DNA from: Spirochaetota bacterium | GTDB lineage: Bacteria > Spirochaetota > UBA4802 > UBA5550 | Length of the DNA: 64,000 bases | Assembly: GCA_963664815.2 (NCBI GenBank) | Contig: CAXXHB010000003.1 | Location: 2,720,001 to 2,784,000 of the forward strand | Reading direction: 5' to 3' | Part shown: positions 51,251-61,995 of the stretch, piece after piece | Layout of the letters: each line of letters begins with the position of its first letter | Position numbering within the stretch: position 1 is the first letter of the stretch | The notes under the pieces: generated by a model | What the model saw: only the letters and a program-made list of their open reading frames with translations | What the model was told of the DNA's origin: nothing | Databases searched by the model: none | Program-made: the position numbers and the translations under genes

Positions 51251-51947
51251 TTATTTATTGAATGAATAATTTTTTGTAATACTTCCAATTACTTTAAAAT
51301 GTTCAGACAATATGTCTTTGCATTCTTCATTACTTATTTGACCAGTCTCTATGAGAAGATGATATTTTTCATAGGATTCTAAAGTGATACTTTTTATTCT
51401 TTGTAAAGATTCATAGTATAATCGCACATCTTCATTCTTTTCCAAAATTTCCCAATTAGGGAACAACTTATCGCATAAAATATCTATATCCCATCTTTCA
51501 ATTGGACGTAGGAGTATACTTTCATCAATTACGTTTTCAAACTCAACTCTTTTAACTTCAAAGGTATTTATTGCACTTCTATTCCCTTCATCACCATTAT
51601 GAACTACTGTTACTGTTCTTTTCTTACTTTTGCATTCTTCATATTCCAAATCAATAAATAAAGCATCTTTCATTTGTTTAAGAATTCCATATTTTCCATC
51701 CAGATGCTCCTTAAGATTACCTGACTTTATTACGTAGCTACAGTAATCTCCAGTCGTTTCATTTTCCAATGCAACAACATCTTTACCTTGTTCTCCATAT
51801 CTACCTTTACTCGGTTTCATTAAAATTCTTTGACCAAGAATCAGATTCGTATAATCTATAATTAAGCTATCTAAAAATCCATCTTCTTTGATTGATGCCA
51901 AAAAGATTTTTTAAGTTTGTTTTAGATGCACCTGGTGAATAGATCAT
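51251..51947 (-). CDS. REase-fold protein; true start probably 51947 with a +1 frameshift in an A6 run
   Basis: EQGKDVVA...YVIK...WD; upstream MIYSPGASKTNLK joins IFLASIKE if one A is removed. Confidence 0.6.
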
Positions 51948-51952
51948 CCATA

Positions 51953-53866
51953 TCACCTTTTAGGCATTGACTTTATATGCAATTTTCTTAAAGCCATTCC
52001 TTCTGGATCTATGATCTCTAATCTGGGAAATTCAATAGATGTACTGAATTCTTTAAAATCAGATTTTTCACCAAGAGTCTTTTCATTAAGAATACTCCAG
52101 CTTGTTCCATAAAGGACTTCCGTACTTCGGGCTAAATTATAAAAAATTGATTTAGACTTTGAATCTTTTGAAACTTGTCCTGAAAATAACTGCATTTTTC
52201 TTTTTAAAGCCTTATCATATCCGGGAAATGAGAATGTTGATATAGTAAGCTCTGAATTAGATTTAAGATTATTAAAATAGTTATCTGAGATTTCAATTAT
52301 ATCTTTTAATAAAGAAGATGGTAAATCGATCTTCTTCCATCGTTCAAGACACTCACCCGGATAATTAAGAGCTTGAAGAGCCATTTCATTTTTAAAAATA
52401 CCTTGAAGTTCTTCATTAACATCACGGTAATATGGTTCAAGCATAAGTAAATAATCTGAAACTTGTTTGCTTAAAGTAGGGTAATTTATAAATTCATAGA
52501 TAATTAATTCGAGTATTGGCTCACTGACTTCAATTTGATTTATTGTTTGTTGTTTTTGTTCTGGCAAGATATTGTAAATTAAAAAACCAAATTTTCTCTT
52601 TTCAATTTCTCTCGAAAAAATATAGTTAGATAAAGATTGAATAAAACTTGATGAGATCACTTCATTTTTTAAATGATTAAAATGCTTACTAAACTTATCA
52701 CAAAAAACCATACAATCAACTAAAAGAACTTTATCTATGATATCTTTAAAATCATTTATATTATTTTTTAATCTATCGACTATATAATCCTCTAGTTGCA
52801 TCCATGTACCATTTTGGTCTTCAGGTAATGGCAACATCATCTCAATAAAAATATTTGCCTCTTTTACTGATATAGGCGAATTTGCAATGTTTTCTTTTGA
52901 CAACAAACGCCAGAAAAGATCTATGATATAATACTTTACTTTATCTGTTACAAACTTAGGTATTACTTTGTTATACCATATTTTTATGAATCTTAATAAT
53001 TCACTGTTCTGCTGATTTAACAAAAAACATCGATATAATGTAATAAAAGCTTCTTCATTTTCTGATATTTCACCATTCAACATATCATTAAGCTCGATAT
53101 CAAGTGATTGAATACTCAAAGCCCCAAGAATAAATGTATTAACTAATGACTTATAGTAACAAATTCTTAGTTGTATTTTATTAGAATGCTTAAGTTCACA
53201 ATCCCATTTATTAACATATTGCGCAATTTCAGAATCAGTTTCCTTTTTTGAGCGAAGTATGCCGAGGATTATTGATGCTAAACGTTGCCTTGTTATTTCA
53301 TTATTGATTGAAATTTCAGATAGATACTTTTCAAATACTAATTTTGAATTATTGCTCTCGTTTAGAACATAATTCTCAAAACCTTCATAAAATGGTCCAC
53401 CGGCTAAATCATTTTTTATACGTATTGCAAGATTATAAAACCAGCCAGAAGCAAAATCAGGTTCTAACTCGACTTCTTTACAAAAATCTGGAAGAATTTG
53501 AATAAATGTCCAAAAATCTATGCTTTCATTATTTAGGAGTAAATTTAATAATTGATGCTTCTCCGAAGGACTAATTCTGTTAAGACAATTATTCCATATT
53601 GCAAAAAGAAATTTCTTTGAAACAGAATTATATCCAATCAACAATTGTAATTTTTTAGCAGTTGAATAAAATGTTTCATTTATAGGAATTGATAACGGGA
53701 AAAGTTTAGAAGTAATCAAATCATAATCGTTTAAATTTAACAAATTGATCTCATCTTCAATTTCAGATCTTAATTCTTTGAAATGCTTTAGTGGTTCTTC
53801 CCAATCTCGCTTTTCTACGACTGCATCAATTACTTCTAATATTATTTTCATTACTAACACTATCAC
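51953..53866 (-). CDS. Large alpha-helical hypothetical protein
   Basis: 637-aa AT-rich ORF coupled to the downstream genes; ends EFPRLEIIDP.G. Confidence 0.7.
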   Translation of the reverse strand: MIVLVMKIILEVIDAVVEKRDWEEPLKHFKELRSEIEDEINLLNLNDYDLITSKLFPLSIPINETFYSTAKKLQLLIGYNSVSKKFLFAIWNNCLNRISPSEKHQLLNLLLNNESIDFWTFIQILPDFCKEVELEPDFASGWFYNLAIRIKNDLAGGPFYEGFENYVLNESNNSKLVFEKYLSEISINNEITRQRLASIILGILRSKKETDSEIAQYVNKWDCELKHSNKIQLRICYYKSLVNTFILGALSIQSLDIELNDMLNGEISENEEAFITLYRCFLLNQQNSELLRFIKIWYNKVIPKFVTDKVKYYIIDLFWRLLSKENIANSPISVKEANIFIEMMLPLPEDQNGTWMQLEDYIVDRLKNNINDFKDIIDKVLLVDCMVFCDKFSKHFNHLKNEVISSSFIQSLSNYIFSREIEKRKFGFLIYNILPEQKQQTINQIEVSEPILELIIYEFINYPTLSKQVSDYLLMLEPYYRDVNEELQGIFKNEMALQALNYPGECLERWKKIDLPSSLLKDIIEISDNYFNNLKSNSELTISTFSFPGYDKALKRKMQLFSGQVSKDSKSKSIFYNLARSTEVLYGTSWSILNEKTLGEKSDFKEFSTSIEFPRLEIIDPEGMALRKLHIKSMPKR

Positions 53867-53922
53867 CCTTTCAATCTATTCCAGTTTTAAATCATCACTT
53901 ATCGAATTATGCAGGTTCTTCC

Positions 53923-56900
53923 TCAAACCCCAACATTATCAACTCCCAATATCCTCTTTATCGTATCCTGCATCGCTTTCTTGAATCCTTCATCCTGCGA
54001 CACAAGACGGTACAGGTCGAGTTCATTTTTACGCTGTTTCCCCATTACATCTTCGAATATTTTATTGAATGCCATATCCCTTGTTTCATAATCAGAATTC
54101 TCTTCATACTTTTCTTTGAAATCAGGGTGACTTCTCATCTTCTGTGCAAGCGTTAACAGTTTAACTTTTCGTTCATCGGGAGTAGCATCCCATCCCCTGA
54201 ACCAGCGTTCATTAAAACTTTGAATTATAACATCTAAGGGGTCTTCAATGCCTGTAGTATGCGCGCCTCGCGGATTAGGGTTTTGAGGATCAACCTCAGT
54301 TTCCGAAGCATCAAGTCCGATATTTACATTCAGCTTAACCCGTTCCAGTCCATAGGTAGAAAGGTCAACGGAGTTTAATAACTCATCAAGGAGGTCCTTG
54401 TCAGGATCAGTAATAATCATTTCAGGTATTAAAAACTTTAAAAACCAAAAGAGCTTTTCCCATGTAACCATTTCATATGGCATGATAGAGGCCATCTGGC
54501 CGTATATTTTAACAAACTGTTTTGCCTTTATCTTGTAGTCGGCTTTTTCTATTTCATCAAGCTCAAGGGTTGTGTTGAATCTTTCAGCGGCAACAGCTAT
54601 AATCGGGCTTAGTTCCTGCGAGTTCACACCCTGGAAATACTTAATGTTAAAATCCTCCACTTCATCCCATTCGCAAACCCCCGCGTCATCCAGTGTGGAT
54701 TTCAGTTCATGCAGTACGTTTACATCTGTAGCCTTGCTTAATGATGTGGATGTATAAAAGGGATCGAATGATTTTTTAATATCATCGGTTGTATTATAAA
54801 AATCAAGTATAAAGAGGTCTTCTGTTTTTTTCCCGAGTTTATCACATGAGCGGTTGAGTCTTGATAATGCCTGAACAGCCATTACATCCTGCAGTTTTTT
54901 ATCGACGTACATGGCAGTAAGCTTAGGCTGGTCAAATCCGGTGAGGTACTTATTGGCAACTACCAGAATGCGGTATTCATCCATATCGAAATATCTGGCA
55001 ATTTTATCGCTTATATAACCGGGATCTGTAGGTTTGGCAGTGTCCAGTTCCGGAGGAAAATTGTTTATAATATCCTCCGTGTATTCAATACCGTTTACTC
55101 TCTTTGTTCCGGAGAATGCTATGGCAATCCTGAATGGGTATCCGGTTTTCTCTAATAATCCTTTTAATGCAAAATAGTAATTTATTGCTGATTCAATGCT
55201 CTGCGTTGCAACAATTGCTTTTGCTTTACCCTTGAGTTTCTTTGTATTAACAATCCTTGAAGTAAAATGCTCCAGCATAATCTGTGCTTTGACTGCAATT
55301 GTATCTTTGTTCTGCTCGACAAATATTTTAAGTTTATTCTGTGCTTTTGCAGTATCGAATAACGGATTCTCTTTGATTGATTTAATTATTTCGTAATAGC
55401 TTCTGTAGGTTGTATAATTGGACAGAACATCAAGAATAAAACCCTCTTCTATTGCCTGCTTCATTGAGTAAAGATGAAACGGTTTAAATTTACCGTCAGG
55501 CTGTTTTACTCCGAACTTTTCCAATGTGGAATTTTTCGGTGTTGCGGTAAAGGCAAAATACGATGCATTCCCTTTCATCTTCCTTGAACGCATTGTTTCC
55601 AGGATTACATCCTGCGGGTCAGTATCTTCATCCTGTTCATCTGCCGAAATGTTCCCCATAGCCTGGTTCATTTTCCCGGCGGCCAGTCCCCCCTGGCTGC
55701 TGTGTGCCTCGTCAATAATAACTGCAAAACGTTTATCGCTCAGATCGGCTATACCATCGACAATAAAGGGGAACTTCTGAATTGTTGTGATGATAACTTT
55801 TTTACCGCTTTCCAGTGCCAGTTTTAAATCGGAGGATGAATATGCCGGTGCTACAATATTCTTAACCTCCGAGAATTCTTTAATATTCTCCCGAAGCTGT
55901 TTGTCAAGCAGCCGTCTGTCTGTAACTACAATTACAGAATCGAATAACGGATTTGAAATACCTTTGCTCCCCGGAACCGAATCATTTTCAGGATATGTTT
56001 CTATGAGCTGATAAGCGGCCCATGTTATCGAATTTGATTTCCCCGAACCTGCGGAGTGCTGAATAAGGTAAGTCTGCCCCACACCTTTTACACCTGCATC
56101 GGCGATCAGTCTCCTCACTACATCCAGCTGGTGATACCGCGGGAAGTATAAAGTCTTTTTATTTAACGGGTCAGTATCTTTACCATCAAATCTAACAAAA
56201 TGCTGAATGATATTTGCAATGCTCTCCCGTGTAAATATCTCCTCCCATAAATATGATGTTTTGTGACCATGAGGGTTTACCGGGTTACCCTTACCAAAGT
56301 TGTTTCCCAGGTTAAACGGGAGAAAGAAAGTTTCAGCTCCATTGAGCCTCGTGGTCATATATACTTCGTCTGTGTCAAGGGTGAAGTGGACTATACAGCG
56401 GCCAAAGTTAAGCAGGGGCTGTGATATATCTCTTTTAAATTTATACTGGTTCTGTCCATGAACTTTAGCGTTCTGCCCTGTCCACCGGTTTTTTAATTCT
56501 ATTGTAGCAAATGGCAGACCATTGGCAAAGAGCACCATGTCTATCTCCTCGCCAGGATTGCCTACGGAATAGCGCAGCTGCCGTGTAACGCTGAACTGGT
56601 TGTTTTTAAAATTATTTTTTACCGTTTCACTGCTGCTTGCAAGGGGTAATGGATACAGCATGGTAAAATGAGCATCATCAACATCAAGTCCTTTACGGAA
56701 AATACGGATTACGCCGTATTTCTTAATCATCCGGTCAAGCCTTTCCAGAATCTTCAGTTTCCAGTCACCCTGTTTCTGTAGCTTTAATAATTCATCCCTT
56801 TGAGTGTCCTGAAGAAAACTGAATAGACGGTATTCATCAATAGCCAGCTTTGCGTTAAAGTCTTCGGGTGTACTTATGTAGTAATTATTACCGCAGCGGT

Positions 56901-57027
56901 ATAATTCGGGATGTTCATTAACCATGCTTAAGGCAATACCCTTCTCTTTTAACTCCTCAAGGCATGTGCCAGTAAGACATTTTTCAATAGCAGATTCCAG
57001 AGCCTGTTCATTGGTTTTGCTTTGCAT
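53923..57027 (-). CDS. hsdR: Type I restriction subunit R
   Basis: D......NG.P...ELK, HSAGSGKS, DEAHS, FTATP, TGFDQP, QALSRLNR. Confidence 0.96.
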   Translation of the reverse strand: MQSKTNEQALESAIEKCLTGTCLEELKEKGIALSMVNEHPELYRCGNNYYISTPEDFNAKLAIDEYRLFSFLQDTQRDELLKLQKQGDWKLKILERLDRMIKKYGVIRIFRKGLDVDDAHFTMLYPLPLASSSETVKNNFKNNQFSVTRQLRYSVGNPGEEIDMVLFANGLPFATIELKNRWTGQNAKVHGQNQYKFKRDISQPLLNFGRCIVHFTLDTDEVYMTTRLNGAETFFLPFNLGNNFGKGNPVNPHGHKTSYLWEEIFTRESIANIIQHFVRFDGKDTDPLNKKTLYFPRYHQLDVVRRLIADAGVKGVGQTYLIQHSAGSGKSNSITWAAYQLIETYPENDSVPGSKGISNPLFDSVIVVTDRRLLDKQLRENIKEFSEVKNIVAPAYSSSDLKLALESGKKVIITTIQKFPFIVDGIADLSDKRFAVIIDEAHSSQGGLAAGKMNQAMGNISADEQDEDTDPQDVILETMRSRKMKGNASYFAFTATPKNSTLEKFGVKQPDGKFKPFHLYSMKQAIEEGFILDVLSNYTTYRSYYEIIKSIKENPLFDTAKAQNKLKIFVEQNKDTIAVKAQIMLEHFTSRIVNTKKLKGKAKAIVATQSIESAINYYFALKGLLEKTGYPFRIAIAFSGTKRVNGIEYTEDIINNFPPELDTAKPTDPGYISDKIARYFDMDEYRILVVANKYLTGFDQPKLTAMYVDKKLQDVMAVQALSRLNRSCDKLGKKTEDLFILDFYNTTDDIKKSFDPFYTSTSLSKATDVNVLHELKSTLDDAGVCEWDEVEDFNIKYFQGVNSQELSPIIAVAAERFNTTLELDEIEKADYKIKAKQFVKIYGQMASIMPYEMVTWEKLFWFLKFLIPEMIITDPDKDLLDELLNSVDLSTYGLERVKLNVNIGLDASETEVDPQNPNPRGAHTTGIEDPLDVIIQSFNERWFRGWDATPDERKVKLLTLAQKMRSHPDFKEKYEENSDYETRDMAFNKIFEDVMGKQRKNELDLYRLVSQDEGFKKAMQDTIKRILGVDNVGV

Positions 57028-57029
57028 AA

Positions 57030-58382
57030 TTAACTCACTTTTATTTTTCCTGTAACAGCATTATTTATAAGCGTGGATTTATATTCTTTTAGTTTTTCGA
57101 TTTCTTTTTCTTTGAGAGAGATGGCGTTGGAGAATTTGGCAGTTGTATTTTCAATATATTCTGAAATCTTTCCTTGCTCATCTATTGAAGGCAAAGGAAT
57201 AATAAAGTTCTTTATAGCTTGAAAATTCAATCCTTCTCTTCCACCACCTTGTTGGAAAAACCAAATTTGCCCCTGTCCAATTTCGGAAGCTAATAGACTA
57301 TTAAGGAATATCGAAGCTATATTTTTTGATGGTCTAACAATACAAACATGTTGATTTACATTGATTGGGAAATCCACATCAATATAATGACAACGTCCAA
57401 TTGATCCACCTGTAATATTCAAGAGTACATCCCCTTTTTTAACTTGACTATTACTCATGGAACTGTGTGTCTTTTCAGATATATATGCTACACCTTCAAA
57501 TTCAATCTTACCGAACATAATATTTTGACTTCTCAATAAAGGAATACCACTATCCAAGTAATTTACCCCCCCTCCTGAAGGGGTTATTCCACTACCGATC
57601 TTAGTTGAAATATGTTTAATTCTTTTAACTTCCCAATGTTCCGGGATCTCTCCGATCCATTCTACACCGCTATTTTTCATTTTAATATCAGGATTAAGAC
57701 CGCGTGTAACTGCGTTGTTTATTAGAATCTGCCTACGTTCTTTAAGCAGTTCAATTTGTTTTTCTTTGATGTCTATGGCCTGATCTATCAGGGCGGTTTT
57801 GCGGTCGAGGAAGTTGGCTATTGCGAGTTGTTCAGGGAGAGAAGGAATTGCAATAAATGTACTTAAAATTGCCCCCTGTGAAATTCCATAACGTGTAACA
57901 CCATTTGCATTGACACTAAAATGTGTCTTAATATATGGACTCGTTAATGCTCTATGCAAAAAATTACCGATAATTATGTCCGTTGGTCTTAGTATTGCCA
58001 AATGATAAGCACATATTAAATTATATTCTTCATATTTAACAAAAGATGGAACACCTATATCTAACCAGTCTTCTGAATCCTTAGTAATAATTACATCATC
58101 ATATTTTATTTTGAAACGGTTAATTTCATCTACTGATGCGGTCGCTTGCATAAAATCAATTTCCGATGTTATATAGTCATTTTTATATACATCAACATAA
58201 TTACAGAGTTTTACTGGTTTCTCCAAGAGTTTAGTATGTTTATCAACGTTACTTACAATCATTTCGCATATATTTTTTAATCTCCACACTTTCCATCCCT
58301 CAGGTATTTCGCCAAGCATTACCACACCGGAATCTTTATATGCTGGATATTTCTTATATTTAATTTCAGTCTTCATTTTCAC
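57030..58382 (-). CDS. hsdS: Type I specificity subunit S
   Basis: Two TRDs with K.SGV...GEIPE.W and P...EQ..I repeats. Confidence 0.95.
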   Translation of the reverse strand: MKMKTEIKYKKYPAYKDSGVVMLGEIPEGWKVWRLKNICEMIVSNVDKHTKLLEKPVKLCNYVDVYKNDYITSEIDFMQATASVDEINRFKIKYDDVIITKDSEDWLDIGVPSFVKYEEYNLICAYHLAILRPTDIIIGNFLHRALTSPYIKTHFSVNANGVTRYGISQGAILSTFIAIPSLPEQLAIANFLDRKTALIDQAIDIKEKQIELLKERRQILINNAVTRGLNPDIKMKNSGVEWIGEIPEHWEVKRIKHISTKIGSGITPSGGGVNYLDSGIPLLRSQNIMFGKIEFEGVAYISEKTHSSMSNSQVKKGDVLLNITGGSIGRCHYIDVDFPINVNQHVCIVRPSKNIASIFLNSLLASEIGQGQIWFFQQGGGREGLNFQAIKNFIIPLPSIDEQGKISEYIENTTAKFSNAISLKEKEIEKLKEYKSTLINNAVTGKIKVS

Positions 58383-58581
58383 TTTTTTTCTTTCAATATG
58401 TTTTATGCATCATAAACAGGTGCCCTCACCCGGCCGTGCCTATCGACCGGCCACCCTCTCCCGTCTGCGGCGGGCGAGGGTTTTTATCTGCCAGAAACTG
58501 TTTCAGGTTAACTACCCTCTCCCGGCCGAAGGCGGGGAGAGGGTGCTCCAGCGTCAGCGTCGAGCGGGTGAGGGCGCATAT

Positions 58582-58917
58582 TCAGTTTATACAACCCTTA
58601 ATCCTTTCTAGCAGTATATTTATATCTCTGTTTACCTCATCATTAGTGACACGGATAAATCTTATACCTTCATCCTCAATAAGCATCTGCCTCAACTCGT
58701 CGTAATCTTTCTGTTTACTATGAACTGCTCCATCTATTTCTATCGCAAGCTTAAGTTCATGACAATAGAAATCCACCACAAAACCTTCAATCACATGCTG
58801 CCGCCTGAACTTCAGGTTCATAGATTTTCTGTTTCGCAAAGCCTCCCACACTTTGGATTCTTCCGGTGTCTGTTCCTTGCGTAACTCTCTGGCAAAAATT
58901 TTCTTTATGTATTTCAT
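58582..58917 (-). CDS. DUF559/Vsr-like endonuclease, copy 1
   Basis: AR.LR...T..E, KFRRQH, VDFYC, IEIDG..H. Confidence 0.93.
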   Translation of the reverse strand: MKYIKKIFARELRKEQTPEESKVWEALRNRKSMNLKFRRQHVIEGFVVDFYCHELKLAIEIDGAVHSKQKDYDELRQMLIEDEGIRFIRVTNDEVNRDINILLERIKGCIN

Positions 58918-59103
58918 AAAACTGTCTCTGTTTTTAAACCAGCACCCTCACCCGGCCGTGCCTATCGACCGGCCACCCTCTCCCGTCTGCGGCGAGCGAG
59001 GGTTTTTATCTGCCAGAAACTGTTTCAGGTTAACTACCCTCTCCCGGCCGAAGGCGGGGAGAGGGTGCTCCAGCGTCAGCGTCGAGCGGGTGAGGGCGCA
59101 TAT

Positions 59104-59439
59104 TCAGTTTATACAACCCTTAATCCTTTCTAGCAGTATATTTATATCTCTGTTTACCTCATCATTAGTGACACGGATAAATCTTATACCTTCATCCTCA
59201 ATAAGCATCTGCCTCAACTCGTCGTAATCTTTCTGTTTACTATGAACTGCTCCATCTATTTCTATCGCAAGCTTAAGTTCATGACAATAGAAATCCACCA
59301 CAAAACCTTCAATCACATGCTGCCGCCTGAACTTCAGGTTCATAGATTTTCTGTTTCGCAAAGCCTCCCACACTTTGGATTCTTCCGGTGTCTGTTCCTT
59401 GCGTAACTCTCTGGCAAAAATTTTCTTTATGTATTTCAT
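59104..59439 (-). CDS. DUF559/Vsr-like endonuclease, copy 2
   Basis: Identical protein to copy 1. Confidence 0.93.
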   Translation of the reverse strand: MKYIKKIFARELRKEQTPEESKVWEALRNRKSMNLKFRRQHVIEGFVVDFYCHELKLAIEIDGAVHSKQKDYDELRQMLIEDEGIRFIRVTNDEVNRDINILLERIKGCIN

Positions 59440-59628
59440 AAAACTGTCTCTGTTTTTAAACCAGCACCCTCACCCGGCCGTGCCTATCGGCCGGCCACCC
59501 TCTCCCGTCTGCGGCGAGTGAGGGTTTTTATCTGCCAGAAACTGTTTCAGGTTAACTACCCTCTCCCGGCCGAAGGCGGGGAGAGGGTGCTCCAGCGTCA
59601 GCGTCGAGCGGGTGAGGGCGCATACAGT

Positions 59629-61995
59629 TTAATCCATACTTAGTATTTCATGGATAAGCCCTTCACTCATCTTTTCCAGTTCCAGTATATCAGCTGTCAC
59701 CTCTTCAAGGCTTCTAAGCGGCTTATGCCTGTAAAAATACTTGTTAAAGCTGATCTCATAGCCAATCTTTGTGGCATCAAGATTTATCCATGCCTCTGCC
59801 ACATGGGGTTTTACTTCCCGCAGAAAGTATTCATAAATGTTTTCTTTCAAGGGTACATTCTCTGTATCACGCAGGTCACTTTCAGTTTCATACTCAAGGT
59901 GTTCATCTTTAACTGAAGCGGGGTAATAACCGTAATCGGGCAACTCATCCTCTTTACAATCCAGGTGAGACAACAATTTATCCAGTTTATCACCGGTCAG
60001 TTTAACTTTACTCTTTACAACTATTTCAGCATCTGCATCGTACCAGCTTACAGCATTGAGTATTATGTTCTTCTCTGAAGCGGATAGTTTTGATTCAACA
60101 GCTTTTAAAGCTTCATCAACTTTATCTTTAAAAATATTAAAGTCGCTGTATTCATCTTTCCCTATCTTTTTCATAAGTGCAGTTGCAGTGTTCATCAAAT
60201 CAAGCTGCTTCTGCCATGTGGCAGGGCTGGTCAGGGTTTTGCTCTGCTTGGAATTAAGGTTAAGTTCATTTTTTTCGCACCAGTCAAGGATCTCTTTTTC
60301 GTGTTTATTAAGTTTGTTATAGACTTCATCACCAAAATTTTCATACGCCCATACCATGGGCTCACGAAGTGATTTATCAAAGCGGAGTTCCGCCATACGC
60401 TCTTTTGTAAACTGCGCTTTAAGCCTTTTGGGGCGTTCAATGGTTACTTTGTAATAACCAAAATCTGTATTATCAAAAATCTTTGAGGCAATACCCTCTT
60501 CGTCTATAGTATCTGGATTGATTTTCTTCTCAATATCCTTCATCTCTTTGTATACTGATACTATCTCACGGATATGTTCAGGAGCAAACTCACAATTCTT
60601 ATTGCCTAGGTTTTTGCGGAGTTTGCGGTACATCAGTCCTGCATCAATTAACTGCACCTTCCCTTTTCTGTTCTGTGCTTTTTTGTTAGTTACAATCCAG
60701 ATGTATGTGGTAATTCCTGTATTGTAAAACAGGTTGTTCGGCATTTGGATAATTGCATCGAGCCAGTCATTTTCTATGATATATCTTCGGATATTACTTT
60801 CACCGCCACCGGCATCTCCAGTAAACAGGCTACTGCCGTTATGGACAGAAGCAATCCTTGACCCGGAAGGATTCTGCGACAGCGGTTTCATCTTGTTAAC
60901 CATCTCCATAAGGAAAAGAAGCTGTCCATCAGAAGAACGAGGTGTGGCTTCCGCATCCTCCTCTACACCCCTGAAATCTTTAAGTTTTATCTTAAAACGG
61001 GGATCAATAATGTCTTTACCATCTTTGATATACTTTAAATCGCCTGCCCAGGATTTCCCGTATGGCGGGTTGGATAGCATAAAGTCAAAGGTCTTACCTG
61101 CAAATTCATCAGTTGCAAGTGTTGAACCAACCTTAATATTTTCCGGGTTATTACCCTTGATCATCATGTCAGACTTGCAGATAGCATAGGTCTCGTCGTT
61201 TATCTCTTTTCCAAAGAGGTAAACGTCACCCTTCGCGCGTATCTGGCCATCTTCGTCTTTAATAAAATTCTGAGATTCGGTAAGCATACCGCCGCTTCCG
61301 CAGGCCGGATCGTATATGGTAATAACAGGAGGAAGTTTTTTCTGTACAGGTTCAAAAATTATATGCGTCATTAGGTCAATTACTTCACGTGGGGTAAAGT
61401 GTTCACCTGCCTCCTCATTGTTCTCTTCATTGAATTTGCGGATTAGTTCTTCAAATACATATCCCATTCCAAGATTGGTCAGTGGCGGGAGTTTTCTTCC
61501 ATCCGGATCGTTCTTTTCAAATGGTGTGAGGTTAATATTAGGCGATGTGAATTTTTCAAGCACATTCAGCAGAACATCTTTCGACGCCATGTGCTGTACC
61601 TGGCTTTTAAGTTTAAACTTTTCAACAATCTCTTTAACGTTGCTGCTGAAACCGTTCAGGTAATCTACAAAATTTGCCTGCAGTATCTGCTGGTTGTTTG
61701 TAGCAGTGTCATGAAGACGCTGCAGAGTCCATTCACTGATATTGTAAAATACATAACCTGAAGCCTGTCTAAGTCCATTATCATCAAGTTCAATGAATTT
61801 AGCTTCATTCCTCTGAAAAGAAACCTCTTCCATTACGGCTTTTTTGGTCGGTTCAAGAAGGGCATCAAGTCTGCGGAGAACCACCATCGGAAGTATTACA
61901 TCACGGTATTTTCCCCTCACATATACATCACGAAGGCAGTCATCTGCAATAGACCAGATAAAAGATACGATTTTGTTATGTACGGCTATATTCAT
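59629..61995 (-). CDS. hsdM: Type I N6-adenine methyltransferase subunit M
   Basis: GEHFTPRE, YDPACGSGG, NPPY. Confidence 0.96.
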   Translation of the reverse strand: MNIAVHNKIVSFIWSIADDCLRDVYVRGKYRDVILPMVVLRRLDALLEPTKKAVMEEVSFQRNEAKFIELDDNGLRQASGYVFYNISEWTLQRLHDTATNNQQILQANFVDYLNGFSSNVKEIVEKFKLKSQVQHMASKDVLLNVLEKFTSPNINLTPFEKNDPDGRKLPPLTNLGMGYVFEELIRKFNEENNEEAGEHFTPREVIDLMTHIIFEPVQKKLPPVITIYDPACGSGGMLTESQNFIKDEDGQIRAKGDVYLFGKEINDETYAICKSDMMIKGNNPENIKVGSTLATDEFAGKTFDFMLSNPPYGKSWAGDLKYIKDGKDIIDPRFKIKLKDFRGVEEDAEATPRSSDGQLLFLMEMVNKMKPLSQNPSGSRIASVHNGSSLFTGDAGGGESNIRRYIIENDWLDAIIQMPNNLFYNTGITTYIWIVTNKKAQNRKGKVQLIDAGLMYRKLRKNLGNKNCEFAPEHIREIVSVYKEMKDIEKKINPDTIDEEGIASKIFDNTDFGYYKVTIERPKRLKAQFTKERMAELRFDKSLREPMVWAYENFGDEVYNKLNKHEKEILDWCEKNELNLNSKQSKTLTSPATWQKQLDLMNTATALMKKIGKDEYSDFNIFKDKVDEALKAVESKLSASEKNIILNAVSWYDADAEIVVKSKVKLTGDKLDKLLSHLDCKEDELPDYGYYPASVKDEHLEYETESDLRDTENVPLKENIYEYFLREVKPHVAEAWINLDATKIGYEISFNKYFYRHKPLRSLEEVTADILELEKMSEGLIHEILSMD

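Larger units (their letters stand above)
58422..59620. repeat. Three copies of a 154-bp palindromic element at 522-bp period
   Basis: CCCTCACCC...GGGTGAGGG ends, internal CCCTCTCCC/GGGAGAGGG hairpins; starts 58423, 58945, 59467. Confidence 0.95.

Noticed and set aside
58405-59227. Plus-strand ORFs over the palindromes
   Set aside because: Products of the GC-rich repeats and antisense to DUF559.
57030-59630. hsdS shufflon
   Set aside because: Only one hsdS, with no silent TRDs and no invertase.
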